DNA of 64,000 nucleotides from an uncultured Acidimicrobiaceae bacterium. Lineage in GTDB: Bacteria; Actinomycetota; Acidimicrobiia; Acidimicrobiales; Salinilacustritrichaceae. Under the pieces are notes generated by a model. The model ran no database searches, was not told the origin of the DNA, and worked only from the letters and a program-made list of their open reading frames with translations. Every line of letters starts with the position of its first letter. Within the stretch, counting starts at the first letter, position 1. The stretch covers positions 8,134-72,133 of the forward strand of contig CAWEQL010000008.1 of the NCBI GenBank assembly GCA_963811245.1, given 5' to 3'. Of the stretch, positions 19,332 through 29,197 are shown piece by piece. Position numbers and translations under genes: made by a program.

Positions 19332-19940
19332 TCAGCGCCGGTGTTCGCTCTCGGTGCGGGCCTGCGCCATCAGCCCGTCGAGGTAGTGGTCGAGCTGCTG
19401 ATGGGCGATCGCTCGCTCGGCCGGCGGGTCGAGGCCGATCGCCAGCGGGCGGCAGAACCGGATGGTGGCCAGCGCGATGTCGGTCGTCGTGACGTCGCCA
19501 CCGATGGCGCCGTCCCGACGGGCGACATCGACCAGTCGGTCGAGGAGCGCCTCTGCGGCGGCGCGTCGATCCGGCCAGCCCGTGTCGTCGAGCGAGGCAT
19601 GGACGATGTTGACCACACCGAGACCGGTGTCGACGGCGGCGTGCATGTAGCGACGCAACGCCGCTCCGCCGGTGGCCGATTCGGCGATGGCAGCCTCTCC
19701 ACGATCGATCGTTCGGTCGAGCACGTCCAGGACGACCGCCCGCAGGAGTTGCTGGCGATCGGGGAAGTGCCGGTAGAGGGTGCCGATGCCAACCCCAGCA
19801 CGCTCGGCGATCGCATCGCGCGTCGGCTCACCGCCGAGCTCGAGGATCAGGTCGATCGTCGCGTAGACGAGCCGTTCGCGGTTGCGACGGGCGTCGACCC
19901 GCCGGGGGGCCTTCTCGCGAGATGGCGACGCGTCCGGCAT
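19332..19940 (-). CDS. TetR/AcrR family regulator
   Basis: RVDARRNRERL..IAERAGVGIGTLYRHFP. Confidence 0.92.
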   Translation of the reverse strand: MPDASPSREKAPRRVDARRNRERLVYATIDLILELGGEPTRDAIAERAGVGIGTLYRHFPDRQQLLRAVVLDVLDRTIDRGEAAIAESATGGAALRRYMHAAVDTGLGVVNIVHASLDDTGWPDRRAAAEALLDRLVDVARRDGAIGGDVTTTDIALATIRFCRPLAIGLDPPAERAIAHQQLDHYLDGLMAQARTESEHRR

Positions 19941-19967
19941 GAAGCGGAGTATATTCCTCCGGTTCAT
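19939..19967. promoter_or_regulatory. Palindromic operator between tetR and arr
   Basis: ATGAAgCGGAG-N7-CTCCGgTTCAT. Confidence 0.65.
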
Positions 19968-19995
19968 TGATGGATGGGGACGAACGGAGGACGCC

Positions 19996-20505
19996 GTGGA
20001 CGGCCACGCACCCCGGAGCACGAAGTCGATCGCCGAATCGATCGCCGAATCGGCCGGCACGGAGCACGTGCCGGTGACGTTCGAGCACTGCGACCACGTG
20101 CAGGGGCCCTTCTTCCACGGAACGAGGGCCGTGTTCGACGTGGAGGATCTGATCGTTCCCGGCCATCGCTCGAACTACCACGAGGGTCGGGTCGCCAACC
20201 ACGTCTACTTCGCCGCCCTGCTGGAACCGGCCGTGTGGGCGGCCGAGCTGGCCGTCGCCCTCGCCGGCAGCGAGGAACGCGGACGCATCTACGTCGTGGA
20301 GCCCATCGGTCCGTTCGAGGACGATCCGAACGTGACCGACAAGAAATTCCCGGGCAACGTCACGCAGTCGTACCGGACCCGCGACCCGATGCGGGTGGTC
20401 GAGGAGGTCCGTGACTGGGGCGGTCATGCCCCCGAGGTGCTGCAGGCGATGCTCGACAACCTCGCTCGCCTCCGCGAACAAGGACTCGACGTCATCGAGG
20501 ACTGA
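19996..20505 (+). CDS. arr: NAD(+)-rifampin ADP-ribosyltransferase
   Basis: FFHGT, SNY, HVYF, IYVVEPIGPFEDDPNVTDKKFPGNVTQSYRT. Confidence 0.92.
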   Translation: MDGHAPRSTKSIAESIAESAGTEHVPVTFEHCDHVQGPFFHGTRAVFDVEDLIVPGHRSNYHEGRVANHVYFAALLEPAVWAAELAVALAGSEERGRIYVVEPIGPFEDDPNVTDKKFPGNVTQSYRTRDPMRVVEEVRDWGGHAPEVLQAMLDNLARLREQGLDVIED

Positions 20506-20541
20506 CGGAGCGTCGGGAGGTCGCCCTGCGTGCGACCGCGT

Positions 20542-20931
20542 TCAGCCGGGATGCGGCTGGAACAGCTCGATGAGGTTGCCCGACGGATCGCGGACCAGTG
20601 CTTGGCGGCCGCCTCGGCCGTCGACGACGCCGTCGACCGGCTCCACGCCGACGGCGGCCAGCGACTCCAGGCGGGAGTCGAGGTCGTCGACCCGCAGCTG
20701 GATCCGGTTCCAGCCGCCCGGCACCGGAGTCTCGCCGGCGACCCGCTGGCTGGCGCCGCCTTCCCCGCCGACCTGGTTGAGGTTGATCGCCACCCCGTCG
20801 AACGCCAGCTGGGCGAAGCCCGGCCCGGGGTGCATGCGGACCTCGCACCCGAGCAGCACGTAGAAGTCGACGGCTGCGCCGACATCGTGGACGAGGGAGC
20901 GGAAGGAGATGGCCGGATCGTTCTGCGACAT
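20542..20931 (-). CDS. VOC/glyoxalase family protein
   Basis: PGGWNRIQLRVDDL..GGRQALVRDPSGNLIELF. Confidence 0.88.
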   Translation of the reverse strand: MSQNDPAISFRSLVHDVGAAVDFYVLLGCEVRMHPGPGFAQLAFDGVAINLNQVGGEGGASQRVAGETPVPGGWNRIQLRVDDLDSRLESLAAVGVEPVDGVVDGRGGRQALVRDPSGNLIELFQPHPG

Positions 20932-20950
20932 AGATGTAGCGTAGCGCGAC

Positions 20951-21500
20951 ATGAGTGTCGCGAAGTCAGAGGTCGACCCGCGCGTGGCCGAGTCGCGCCG
21001 GCGGGTGCACGAGGCGGCGCTGGCCGAGCTGGTCGCCGTCGGGTACGGCGGGTTGACCATCGACGCCATCGCGTCCAGAGCCGGCGTGGCTCGCAGCACC
21101 GTCTACCGGCACTGGGACGGTGTGCCGCGACATCGTGGTGTCGGCCCTCGAAGCCCGCAGCACGCAGCCGCGGCCGCAATCCACGGACGCGCCGCGAGTA
21201 CGGGTCGTCACCCTGGTCCGCCACCTGATCCAGGCATTGGAGGGATCAGGAGGGTCGCTGGCGATCGCCCTGGCCGGTGCGGCGGAGGCCGATGCCGAGC
21301 TGGCTCGCATCCACCACGCCGACAGCGGCCGCCGCTTCGGGGCCCTCGTCGCGGCCGTGGCCGACGCCGCCCCGGCCGTGGATGCCGAGCTCGCCGCCAG
21401 CGCTCTCGCCGGCGCCGTGGTCTACCGGCGCCTCGTGCTCGGCGCACCGCTCGCCCCCGCCGACGCCGACGAGCTCGTCGCCACCGTGATGGGGAACTGA
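20951..21500 (+). CDS. TetR family regulator, frameshift near 21125
   Basis: DPRVAESR..IDAIASRAGVARSTVYRHW; C-terminal part in the 21120..21500 frame. Confidence 0.85.
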
Positions 21501-21516
21501 TCCACCCGGGAACGGG

Positions 21517-22005
21517 TCACCGGGCCACCAGTGCGTCGATCTGGCCGATGGCCGACGATGCGCCTTCGACCACCCCCATTTCGAGCACCTTCTCCAAGGC
21601 CTCGACGGTCTCGTACGTGCTGGTGAAGGTCGCTCGGGTGCCGCCGGAGATCGACTCGAAGGCGTACACGTTCCGCGACACCGGCATGTCGGCCGCCGGC
21701 GTGAAGCTGTCGTCGGTGGCGAAGCCGTCCTCGAAGGCGAAGCGGCGGGGCTCGTCCACCTCGGTGACCTTCCACCAGCCGTAGTACTTCTCGCCCTCGG
21801 GAGACGTCATGAAGTAGTGGGCTCGGCCGCCGGGGGACAGGTCGTGCTCGACGAAGGTGGCCGGATGCGTCGGGGGGCCGAACACCTGCTCCAGCTGCCG
21901 GGGATCCGCATAGACCTGCCAGATGCGCTCGACCGGCGCGGCGAACTCCGCCGTGAGGGTGAGGGCGCGGTGGTCGAGATCGCGGGTGACGTCGGTGACG
22001 GGCAT
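21517..22005 (-). CDS. SRPBCC/AHSA1 domain protein
   Basis: APVERIWQVYADP..GPP..PGG..MTSPEGEKY. Confidence 0.9.
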   Translation of the reverse strand: MPVTDVTRDLDHRALTLTAEFAAPVERIWQVYADPRQLEQVFGPPTHPATFVEHDLSPGGRAHYFMTSPEGEKYYGWWKVTEVDEPRRFAFEDGFATDDSFTPAADMPVSRNVYAFESISGGTRATFTSTYETVEALEKVLEMGVVEGASSAIGQIDALVAR

Positions 22006-22009
22006 GGTT

Positions 22010-22378
22010 CTAGGTCTCCTGGTCGGTTTCTGGTTCGGGTACGGCGTCGTTGGCGATGAGTTCGTCGATGCGGGCGACGCGACCCCGCCAGACGTCCTCG
22101 AGCTCGGCGAGCAGCGATGCGACCGATCGCACCGCCTGCACCTCGCCGTGAGCGAGTTGCTCCCGGCCGTTGCGCCGCTTGCTCAACAGGCCCGCTCGCT
22201 CCAGCACCGCCACATGCTTCTGCACCGCGGCGAACGACATGTCGTAGTTCGCAGCCAGCGTCGACACGGAGTGCTCGCCGACGAGCACTCGGCGCAGCAC
22301 ATCGCGGCGGGTGCGGTCGGCCAGGGCGTGGAACAACGCATCGGCCCGCTCGTCGTCGATGTCGGTGGCGATCGCCAT
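22010..22378 (-). CDS. ArsR/SmtB family regulator
   Basis: FHALADRTRR..SFAAVQKHVAVLERAGL. Confidence 0.9.
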   Translation of the reverse strand: MAIATDIDDERADALFHALADRTRRDVLRRVLVGEHSVSTLAANYDMSFAAVQKHVAVLERAGLLSKRRNGREQLAHGEVQAVRSVASLLAELEDVWRGRVARIDELIANDAVPEPETDQET

Positions 22379-22385
22379 GGCGAAA

Positions 22386-22409
22386 ACATACAACCAATCG
22401 GTTGTATGT
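22386..22409. promoter_or_regulatory. ArsR operator ACATACAACC-N4-GGTTGTATGT
   Basis: Perfect 10-bp inverted repeat immediately upstream of the ArsR start. Confidence 0.8.
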
Positions 22410-22415
22410 CAAGCG

Positions 22416-23573
22416 TCAGCGACGGGCGAGGATTTCCAGCATCGGGACGTGATCGGAGGCAGAGGGCATGGTGCCCATCTCGCGGGCGACGGACGCTGCC
22501 GCCGACCGATAGCCGCCCTCGGCGAGGATGCGGTCGAGCGCGGATCCCAGGAGTGACGGCGTGCGCTCGTCCTCCTCGCACACGATCGCCGCCCCCGTCG
22601 CAGCGATCGCGTCGGCGTTCTCCCACTGATCGGCGAACACGGGGGCCACGATCTGCGGGACGCCTGCGGCCGCCGTACCCAGCATCGTTCCGGCCCCCGC
22701 ATGCGAGATGACGGCGGCGGCACGGACGAGCACGTCGGACTGCGGGACGTACCGCTCCACTCGGACGTTCGCCGGAACCCGAGCCACCGTGGTGACGTCG
22801 GCGTGATCGCCCGTCGTCACGAGGGCATCGACGTCGCGGTCACCCAGCGCCTCGAGCAGCGCCGCCCACGGCGCAGCTGCCGCTGCCGGTTCGGTGCCGA
22901 ACGTGACGTACACCCCCGGTCTCGCCGATCCGAACGATCGCAGCCACTCGGGCCCCTCCTCGCCCGCAGGCGCCGCAGACGACGGGGGCCGAATCCGCTC
23001 GAAGGGCCACGGAGGGTCGGCGCAGAACGAGGCAGGAAAGGGATGGAGGTAGCAGTCGCCGCTCAGCCCGGACCGAGGGGGGAGCTCGAGCCCGAGACTC
23101 GCCCACCACGGTGCCAGGGAAGCGGTGATCATCGGCAGCGCAGGAGGCGGTGGTGGACCGCTGAAGGCGACGACGACCCGAGGCACGCCGCGCTCAGCGG
23201 TCAGGGGAGCAACGCCGAGCTCGGCGAATTCGTGCAACACGAGGTCGGGCTGGAACGAGTCGATGAGCGGACGGACGTCGTCGGCCATCGCTTCGGCGGC
23301 GGCGCCGGCGAAGAATCCGGCGAACAGGTGCCCCCGGCGCTCCCGGGCCGGCAGCGCCATGATGGCGGGGAGACGGTCGGCGAGCCCCGCTCGGCGCTGG
23401 GCGACGTCCAAGCCGGCGGGTTCGACGTGGAAGCCGAGCGAGGCCACGGTCTCGCATCCCTCGGGGGCCGTCGCCCATCGGATCTCATGGCCGGCGTCGC
23501 GCAACGCATGCGCCACCGGAAGGAGGGGGCCGATGTGGCCTCGGCCGGGCGTCGAGGTGATGAGCACCCGCAC
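22416..23573 (-). CDS. GT1 family glycosyltransferase (MGT/EryCIII-like)
   Basis: PGRGHIGP, VYVTFGT, YVPQ, HAGAGT, ADQWENA. Confidence 0.9.
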   Translation of the reverse strand: MRVLITSTPGRGHIGPLLPVAHALRDAGHEIRWATAPEGCETVASLGFHVEPAGLDVAQRRAGLADRLPAIMALPARERRGHLFAGFFAGAAAEAMADDVRPLIDSFQPDLVLHEFAELGVAPLTAERGVPRVVVAFSGPPPPPALPMITASLAPWWASLGLELPPRSGLSGDCYLHPFPASFCADPPWPFERIRPPSSAAPAGEEGPEWLRSFGSARPGVYVTFGTEPAAAAAPWAALLEALGDRDVDALVTTGDHADVTTVARVPANVRVERYVPQSDVLVRAAAVISHAGAGTMLGTAAAGVPQIVAPVFADQWENADAIAATGAAIVCEEDERTPSLLGSALDRILAEGGYRSAAASVAREMGTMPSASDHVPMLEILARR

Positions 23574-23585
23574 GGCACGAGTCTT

Positions 23586-23855
23586 TCATCTCCACGACCG
23601 GGGCGGTGTGGTCACCCGGCCCAGGAACTCGATGTCCGCGGGGAATTCGACAGCATGCTCGAGCGCCAGACCGGCCGCGCGGGCGTGGTCGCCGGTGACG
23701 ACCAACGCGGCGATCTCCACCACCTGGCGCTCACGGCGGGCGGTGGTCCGGATCCGTTGCTGCGCCTGGCACAGGTGGTCGGCGGCAGCGGCGGTGTCGC
23801 CGGCTCGGGAGGCCGACACGGCGAGCAGGGCGAGCTCGATGGCGCCTTGGGTCAT
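23586..23855 (-). CDS. Small helical (TPR-like) hypothetical protein, likely leaderless
   Basis: MTQGAIELALL..RRERQVVEIAAL..EHAVEFPAD. Confidence 0.65.
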   Translation of the reverse strand: MTQGAIELALLAVSASRAGDTAAAADHLCQAQQRIRTTARRERQVVEIAALVVTGDHARAAGLALEHAVEFPADIEFLGRVTTPPRSWR

Positions 23856-23875
23856 GGAGCCAGGATCCGACGACG

Positions 23876-23903
23876 GGCTGACGCCGGGCTGATCTCCGGC
23901 TGA
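23876..23903 (-). promoter_or_regulatory. Three TCAGCC direct repeats at 11-bp period (SARP-type site)
   Basis: GGCTGA on + at 23876, 23887 and 23898; 8 nt from a GATCCT -10-like hexamer. Confidence 0.7.
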
Positions 23904-23933
23904 CACGGCGGCGATCGGGGATACCGTCGCGCC

Positions 23934-26905
23934 ATGCACATCGGGTTGCTCGGTGAACTCGAGGTGTTCGACGACGTGGGGAACGAGATCGTGGTCGCCG
24001 GGGCGAAGCTGCGAGCCCTGCTCGCCGTCCTGGCCCTGCACCCGGGCCGGACGGTGTCGGTGGAGCACTTGGTCGACGCGCTGTGGGGTGAGGAACCACC
24101 GGCCGCCGTACGCAACGGACTCCAGGGGTTGGTCTCCAAGCTCCGGCGGGTGCTCGGCTCGGCGGACGTGGTCGCCATGCGTGGCGACGGGTACGTGCTG
24201 GACCTTCCAGCGGATGCGATCGACGTGGGCCGGTTCGAGCACTGCGTCGCCGACGGCCGTGCCACGGCCGCCGCCGGTGATCTGCCGGGAGCGGTGTCCC
24301 TGTTCTCCCGAGCCGACGCGCTCTGGAGAGGCGATGCCCTGGCGGACTTCGCCTACGACGACTTCGCAGCGGCGGCGATCACCCGGTTGTCCGATGACCG
24401 CCTCGCCGCGATCGAGGAACGCATCGAGCTGGAGCTCCAGCTCGGCCTCCACCAGCGCGTCGTGGGTGAGCTCGAGGTGCTGGTGGCCGCCCACCCGCTC
24501 CAGGAGGTCCTGCGCGGACAGCTGATGCTCGCGCTCTACCGCGCGGGTCGTCAGGCCGATGCGCTCCACGCGTTCCAGGACGGTCGTCGGCTCCTCGGGG
24601 AGGAGCTCGGCCTGGAGCCCGGACCCGCGCTGCGCCGGCTCGAGTCGGCCATCCTCACCCACGATCCCACGCTGGACCACGAGACCTCCCCGGCGCAGAC
24701 CCCCGCCGCCATGAACCCGGGCATCCCGGCCGCGTTGACGCCGCTGGTCGGTCGCGACTCCGAGCTCCGTGACCTCCGGCAGCTCTTCGCCGAACAGCGT
24801 CTCCTCACCCTCGTCGGACCGGGTGGCGTGGGCAAGACCCGCCTGGCCATCGAGCTCGGCCGCTCCGGCGCCGAGGGGTCGGCCGGGGGCGGCTACCTGG
24901 TCGAGCTCGCGCCGGTCGGCGATCCTGCGGGCGTCCCAGCGGCGATCGCCGCCGCCCTCGGTGTCCCCGATCCGGCCCGCCTCGCCGAGTCCATCGGTGA
25001 ACGGCAGGTGGTGGTGGTGCTCGACAACTGCGAGCACGTCATCGGCGCCGCGGCCGAGGCCGCCGAAGGACTGCTTCGGCAGTGTCCTGGCCTACGGCTG
25101 CTGGCCACCAGCCGCGAAGGGCTCCGGATCGGTGGAGAGACGATCTGGCCGGTACCGCCGCTGGCCACCGAGGACGCCGTCCAGCTCTTCGTCACCCGTG
25201 CAGAAGCGTCCGGTGCGGTGATCGAACCCCAGTCGGAGGACCGCATCGCCGACATCTGCGCCCGGCTCGATGGGCTCCCCCTGGCGATCGAGCTCGCCGC
25301 CGCCCGGGCCCGAGCGTTCCCGATCGCCCAGATCGCGGACCGGCTCAACGACCGCTTCCGCCTCCTGACCGGCGGATCGCGCACTGCGCTGCCGCGCCAA
25401 CAGACGCTGCGCGCCGTCGTCGAGTGGAGCTACGAGCTGCTCTTCGACGACGAGCGCCGGGTGTTCGAACGGCTCTCGGTGCTGCCCGGCGGTGGGGACC
25501 TCGCCACGGCGGAGGTCGTGTGTGCCGACGACAGCATCGACCCGGCCGACGTGGGCGACCACCTGCGGGCCTTGGTCGACAAGTCCCTGGTCGCGGTCGT
25601 GTCAGTCGACGCCGGCGTGCGCTACACCCAACTGCAGACCCTCGCCCAGTACGGGCGCGAGCGGCTCACCGAGCGCGGCGACGCCGCTCGCGTTCGCGAC
25701 GCGATGGCGGCCCACTTCGCCCGGCTCTGTGCCCGGAGCGCCGAGGCGTACACCGGCGACGTGCAACGGACGTGGCTGCGGGCGATCGACCAGGAGCACG
25801 ACAACCTGCGAGCCGCGCTCGACTGGGCCGTGGCGCGTGGAGACGCGGAAACGCGCTGACCATCGCCGGCGGCGCGGCCTGGCCCCACTGGCTGACCGGC
25901 ATGGTGGCGGAGGGTCGGCAGTGGCTCGACGAGGCCTTCGCCTGCCCCGGCGAGGCCGACGAGCGCACGGTCGCGCTGGCCCTGACGGGGAGAGGGCTCC
26001 TCGACTTCCTCGCCGGCGCCGGCGAGCGCAGCGACGACGACCTGGCGGCCGCGCTCGAGACCTTCCGCCGTCACGGCGATCGTCAGGCGATGTCGTTGGC
26101 CCACTCGTTCTACGCAGAACAGGCCGCCGTCCGAGGCGACATCGACGAGGCGCGCCGGCGCCGACAGCTGGTGCTGGACTTCTACGGCGATGCACCCACC
26201 GACCCGTTCGCAGCGGCGGCACGGGTGTACTCGTTGGCCAAGCTGGCTCACCTGGACGGCGATCTCGCGGAGGCAGAACGCCACTACCGAGCTGCGACCG
26301 AAGGTTTCTCGCACCTCGATCGTCCGGTGATGAGCTCCATCTGCCTCGGCATGGTCGCCGACTTCGACGAGCGGGCCGGTGACTTCCCGGCCGCGATCCA
26401 GTGTCTCGAAGCGGCCATCGCGGTGAATGCGACGCTTCTGGGCGGTTTCACAGGATCTCTCGAGGCGCGGCTCGGGTGGGTGTTGCTCCACGACGGCCAG
26501 GTGGTGCGCGCCCGGACGGTGTACGACCGGGCTCTCGAGGGCGCTCGCCGTGTGCAGCACGCCATGGTGATCTTCCAAGCCCTGGCGGGCCTGGCGGTGA
26601 TCGCCCGTCTCGAGCGGCGCGACGACGACGCCGTCGCTGGGGCCGGCGAGGCCCTGGACCGGTACCGGGCCGGCGGGTTCCGCCGGTTCCGGAACCGCGT
26701 CGACCCGACGCGCGATCTCGACGAGGCCGCCGCGGTGTGCTGCGAGGTGCTCGCCGCCATCGCTGCGGAACGGGACGAGCGGACGCGGGCGGCTGCGCTC
26801 CTCGGCCGCGCCGACGACCTCCGGGACACATGCGGTGTCGCCGTGCCGGCGTTCCTCGCCGACATGGTTGATGACACCCGCCGTCTGGTGGCCCCGACGC
26901 CCTGA
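23934..26905 (+). CDS. AfsR/SARP family BTAD-ATPase-TPR regulator, frameshift near 25850
   Basis: LVDALWGEEPP, LMLALYRAGRQADAL, GPGGVGKT, LDNCEH, LDGLPLAIELAA. Confidence 0.9.
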
Positions 26906-27001
26906 CGGCGACCTCAGCGCCGGCGCGGCGTCAGCTCAGTGCCCTCCGGGATGGTGCGTTCATCCCCGCAGGTCGCGGGGAACCATCCCAGGAGGATTCC
27001 C

Positions 27002-29197
27002 GTGAGCGCATTCCTGTATCGCCTCGGTCGCGCCAGTGCCCGCCACCCGTTCCGGGTGCTCGGCGCCTGGCTCGTGGCCGCCCTCGCCATCGTCGCCCTG
27101 CACGCCAGCCTCGGAAGTCAGTTCGAGAACAGTGAGCGGGTGCCGGGCGTCGAGTCCCAGCACGCCGCTGACGTGCTCACCGACCGATTCCCGACCCAAG
27201 GCGGGCAAACCGCCCGCATCGTGCTCCACGTCGACGGCGGCCGACTCGACGATCCCGCCTACGCCCCGACCGTCGACCGGGCCCGCACCCAACTCGCCCG
27301 GGGGAGCGACGTGGCCGCTGTCACCGATCCCTTCGCCGCCGGATCCGCCGCGCTGAGCGCCGACGGCCGGACCGCCTACCTCGACGTCGCCTACGCGGTC
27401 GATGCGCTGACCGGCGCTCAGCTCGACGATGTCGTGACCGTCACCGACCAGGCCCGGGCCGCGGGCGTGGATGTCGAGCTCACGGGCGCGCTCGCCCAGT
27501 TGGAGAGCGCCGCTCCCAGCAGCGAGCTGATCGGCGTCGGGGTGGCGGTGATCGTGCTGCTCATCGCCTTCGGCTCGGTGGTCGCGATGGGACTTCCCAT
27601 CTTCACCGCCCTCATGGGGATCTTCGTCGGCGCTGCCGGCGTCGGCATCCTGTCGGCGTTCCTCGACATCCCCGAGTTCTCGCTCATCCTCTGCGCCATG
27701 ATCGGCCTGGGCGTGGGCATCGACTACGCCCTGTTCATCGTCACCCGGCACCGCCAGCACCTCCACGAGGGCATGGCCGTGGAGGACGCGGTCGGTACTG
27801 CCGTCGCCACCGCAGGCCAGGCCGTGCTGTTCGCCGGCACCACGGTCGTCATCGCCATCCTCGGGTTGTTCCTGGCCGGCCTCCCGGCGGTCAGTGGCAT
27901 GGGAGCGGCCGTCGCCCTCGTGGTGACGGTCGCCATGTTCGCCGCCGTCACCCTGCTCCCCGGCCTGCTCGGGCTGGCGGGCACCAAGATCGACCGGCTC
28001 TCCATCCACCGCAGGTCCCATGTCGACAAGCCCGCCGCCGCCACGGTGTCGGGCCGGTGGGCACACCACGTGGGAAGTCACTCGATCCGCTACGCCGTCG
28101 TCGGCCTCGTCGCCCTGTGTGCGATCGCCGTGCCGGCGCTGAGCATGCGCATCGGCGTTGCCGACGACGGGAACGCGCCCACACACACCACCCAACGCCT
28201 CGCCTTCGACCAGCTCGCCGCCGGCTTCGGCCCGGGCTTCAACGGCCCGATCCAGGTGGTCGTCGAGCTGCCGTCGTCGGGTGACCAGGTGGCGGTGCAG
28301 CGGATCCAGGACGCGCTGCGGGCCGATCCCGGCGTCGCAGCGGTGACGGACCCCGTCTTCAACGCCGACGGAGACACTGCGCTGTTGACCGCCAACCCCA
28401 CCACCGCCCCGCAGGACGCCGCCACGGACCGGCTGGTCCGCCACCTCCGCGCCGACGTCCTCCCCGCTGCGGTCGACGGCACCGATGCGGCCGCGTCGCT
28501 GACGGGCCGGGCCATGGTGACCGACCTCACCGATCGCATCTCCAACCGGCTGCCGATCTTCATCGCGGCGGTCGTGGCGATGTCGTTCCTGCTCCTGATG
28601 GTCGTGTTCCGCTCGGTGCTCGTCCCGCTCAAGGCGGCCGTCATGAACCTGCTGTCGATCGCCGCCGCCTACGGCGTGCTGGTCATGGTCTTCCAGTGGG
28701 GCTGGGGCGCTTCGCTCATCGGGCTCCACAGCACGATGCCGATCAACCCGTTCCTCCCGCTCATCATGTTCGCCATCCTCTTCGGCCTCTCCATGGACTA
28801 CGAGGTGTTCCTGCTCTCCCGCATCCGTGAGGAGTACGTGGCCACCGGCGACAACCACGAGGCCGTCGTCCGAGGACTGTCCAGCACCGCCCGGGTCATC
28901 ACGTCGGCGGCCCTCATCATGATCAGCGTGTTCGGTGCCTTCGTCCTCGGTGACGACTCGAACGGCAAGCTCTTCGGGGTCGGCCTCGCCGTGGCCGTGC
29001 TGATCGACGCCACCCTGGTGCGGATGGTCCTGGTGCCGGCCACGATGAGCCTGCTGGGACGGGCCAACTGGTGGCTCCCGGGCTGGCTCGACCGCGTGCT
29101 CCCGCACCTCGACCTCGAATCCGTCGAGGGCATTCCCCAGGCGCACCGGCAGCCGGGTCGTGACCTCGTCCCCGCTCCGGTCGGGATCTCGGCATGA
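27002..29197 (+). CDS. MMPL family transporter
   Basis: GLGVGIDYALF, FGPGFNGP, FGLSMDYEVF, IDATLVRMVLVPA. Confidence 0.95.
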   Translation: MSAFLYRLGRASARHPFRVLGAWLVAALAIVALHASLGSQFENSERVPGVESQHAADVLTDRFPTQGGQTARIVLHVDGGRLDDPAYAPTVDRARTQLARGSDVAAVTDPFAAGSAALSADGRTAYLDVAYAVDALTGAQLDDVVTVTDQARAAGVDVELTGALAQLESAAPSSELIGVGVAVIVLLIAFGSVVAMGLPIFTALMGIFVGAAGVGILSAFLDIPEFSLILCAMIGLGVGIDYALFIVTRHRQHLHEGMAVEDAVGTAVATAGQAVLFAGTTVVIAILGLFLAGLPAVSGMGAAVALVVTVAMFAAVTLLPGLLGLAGTKIDRLSIHRRSHVDKPAAATVSGRWAHHVGSHSIRYAVVGLVALCAIAVPALSMRIGVADDGNAPTHTTQRLAFDQLAAGFGPGFNGPIQVVVELPSSGDQVAVQRIQDALRADPGVAAVTDPVFNADGDTALLTANPTTAPQDAATDRLVRHLRADVLPAAVDGTDAAASLTGRAMVTDLTDRISNRLPIFIAAVVAMSFLLLMVVFRSVLVPLKAAVMNLLSIAAAYGVLVMVFQWGWGASLIGLHSTMPINPFLPLIMFAILFGLSMDYEVFLLSRIREEYVATGDNHEAVVRGLSSTARVITSAALIMISVFGAFVLGDDSNGKLFGVGLAVAVLIDATLVRMVLVPATMSLLGRANWWLPGWLDRVLPHLDLESVEGIPQAHRQPGRDLVPAPVGISA

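Noticed and set aside
22416-23573. Rifamycin glycosyltransferase (rgt) call based on proximity to arr
   Set aside because: Only generic GT1 motifs, no RAE seen, and it appears to belong to the SARP-controlled unit.
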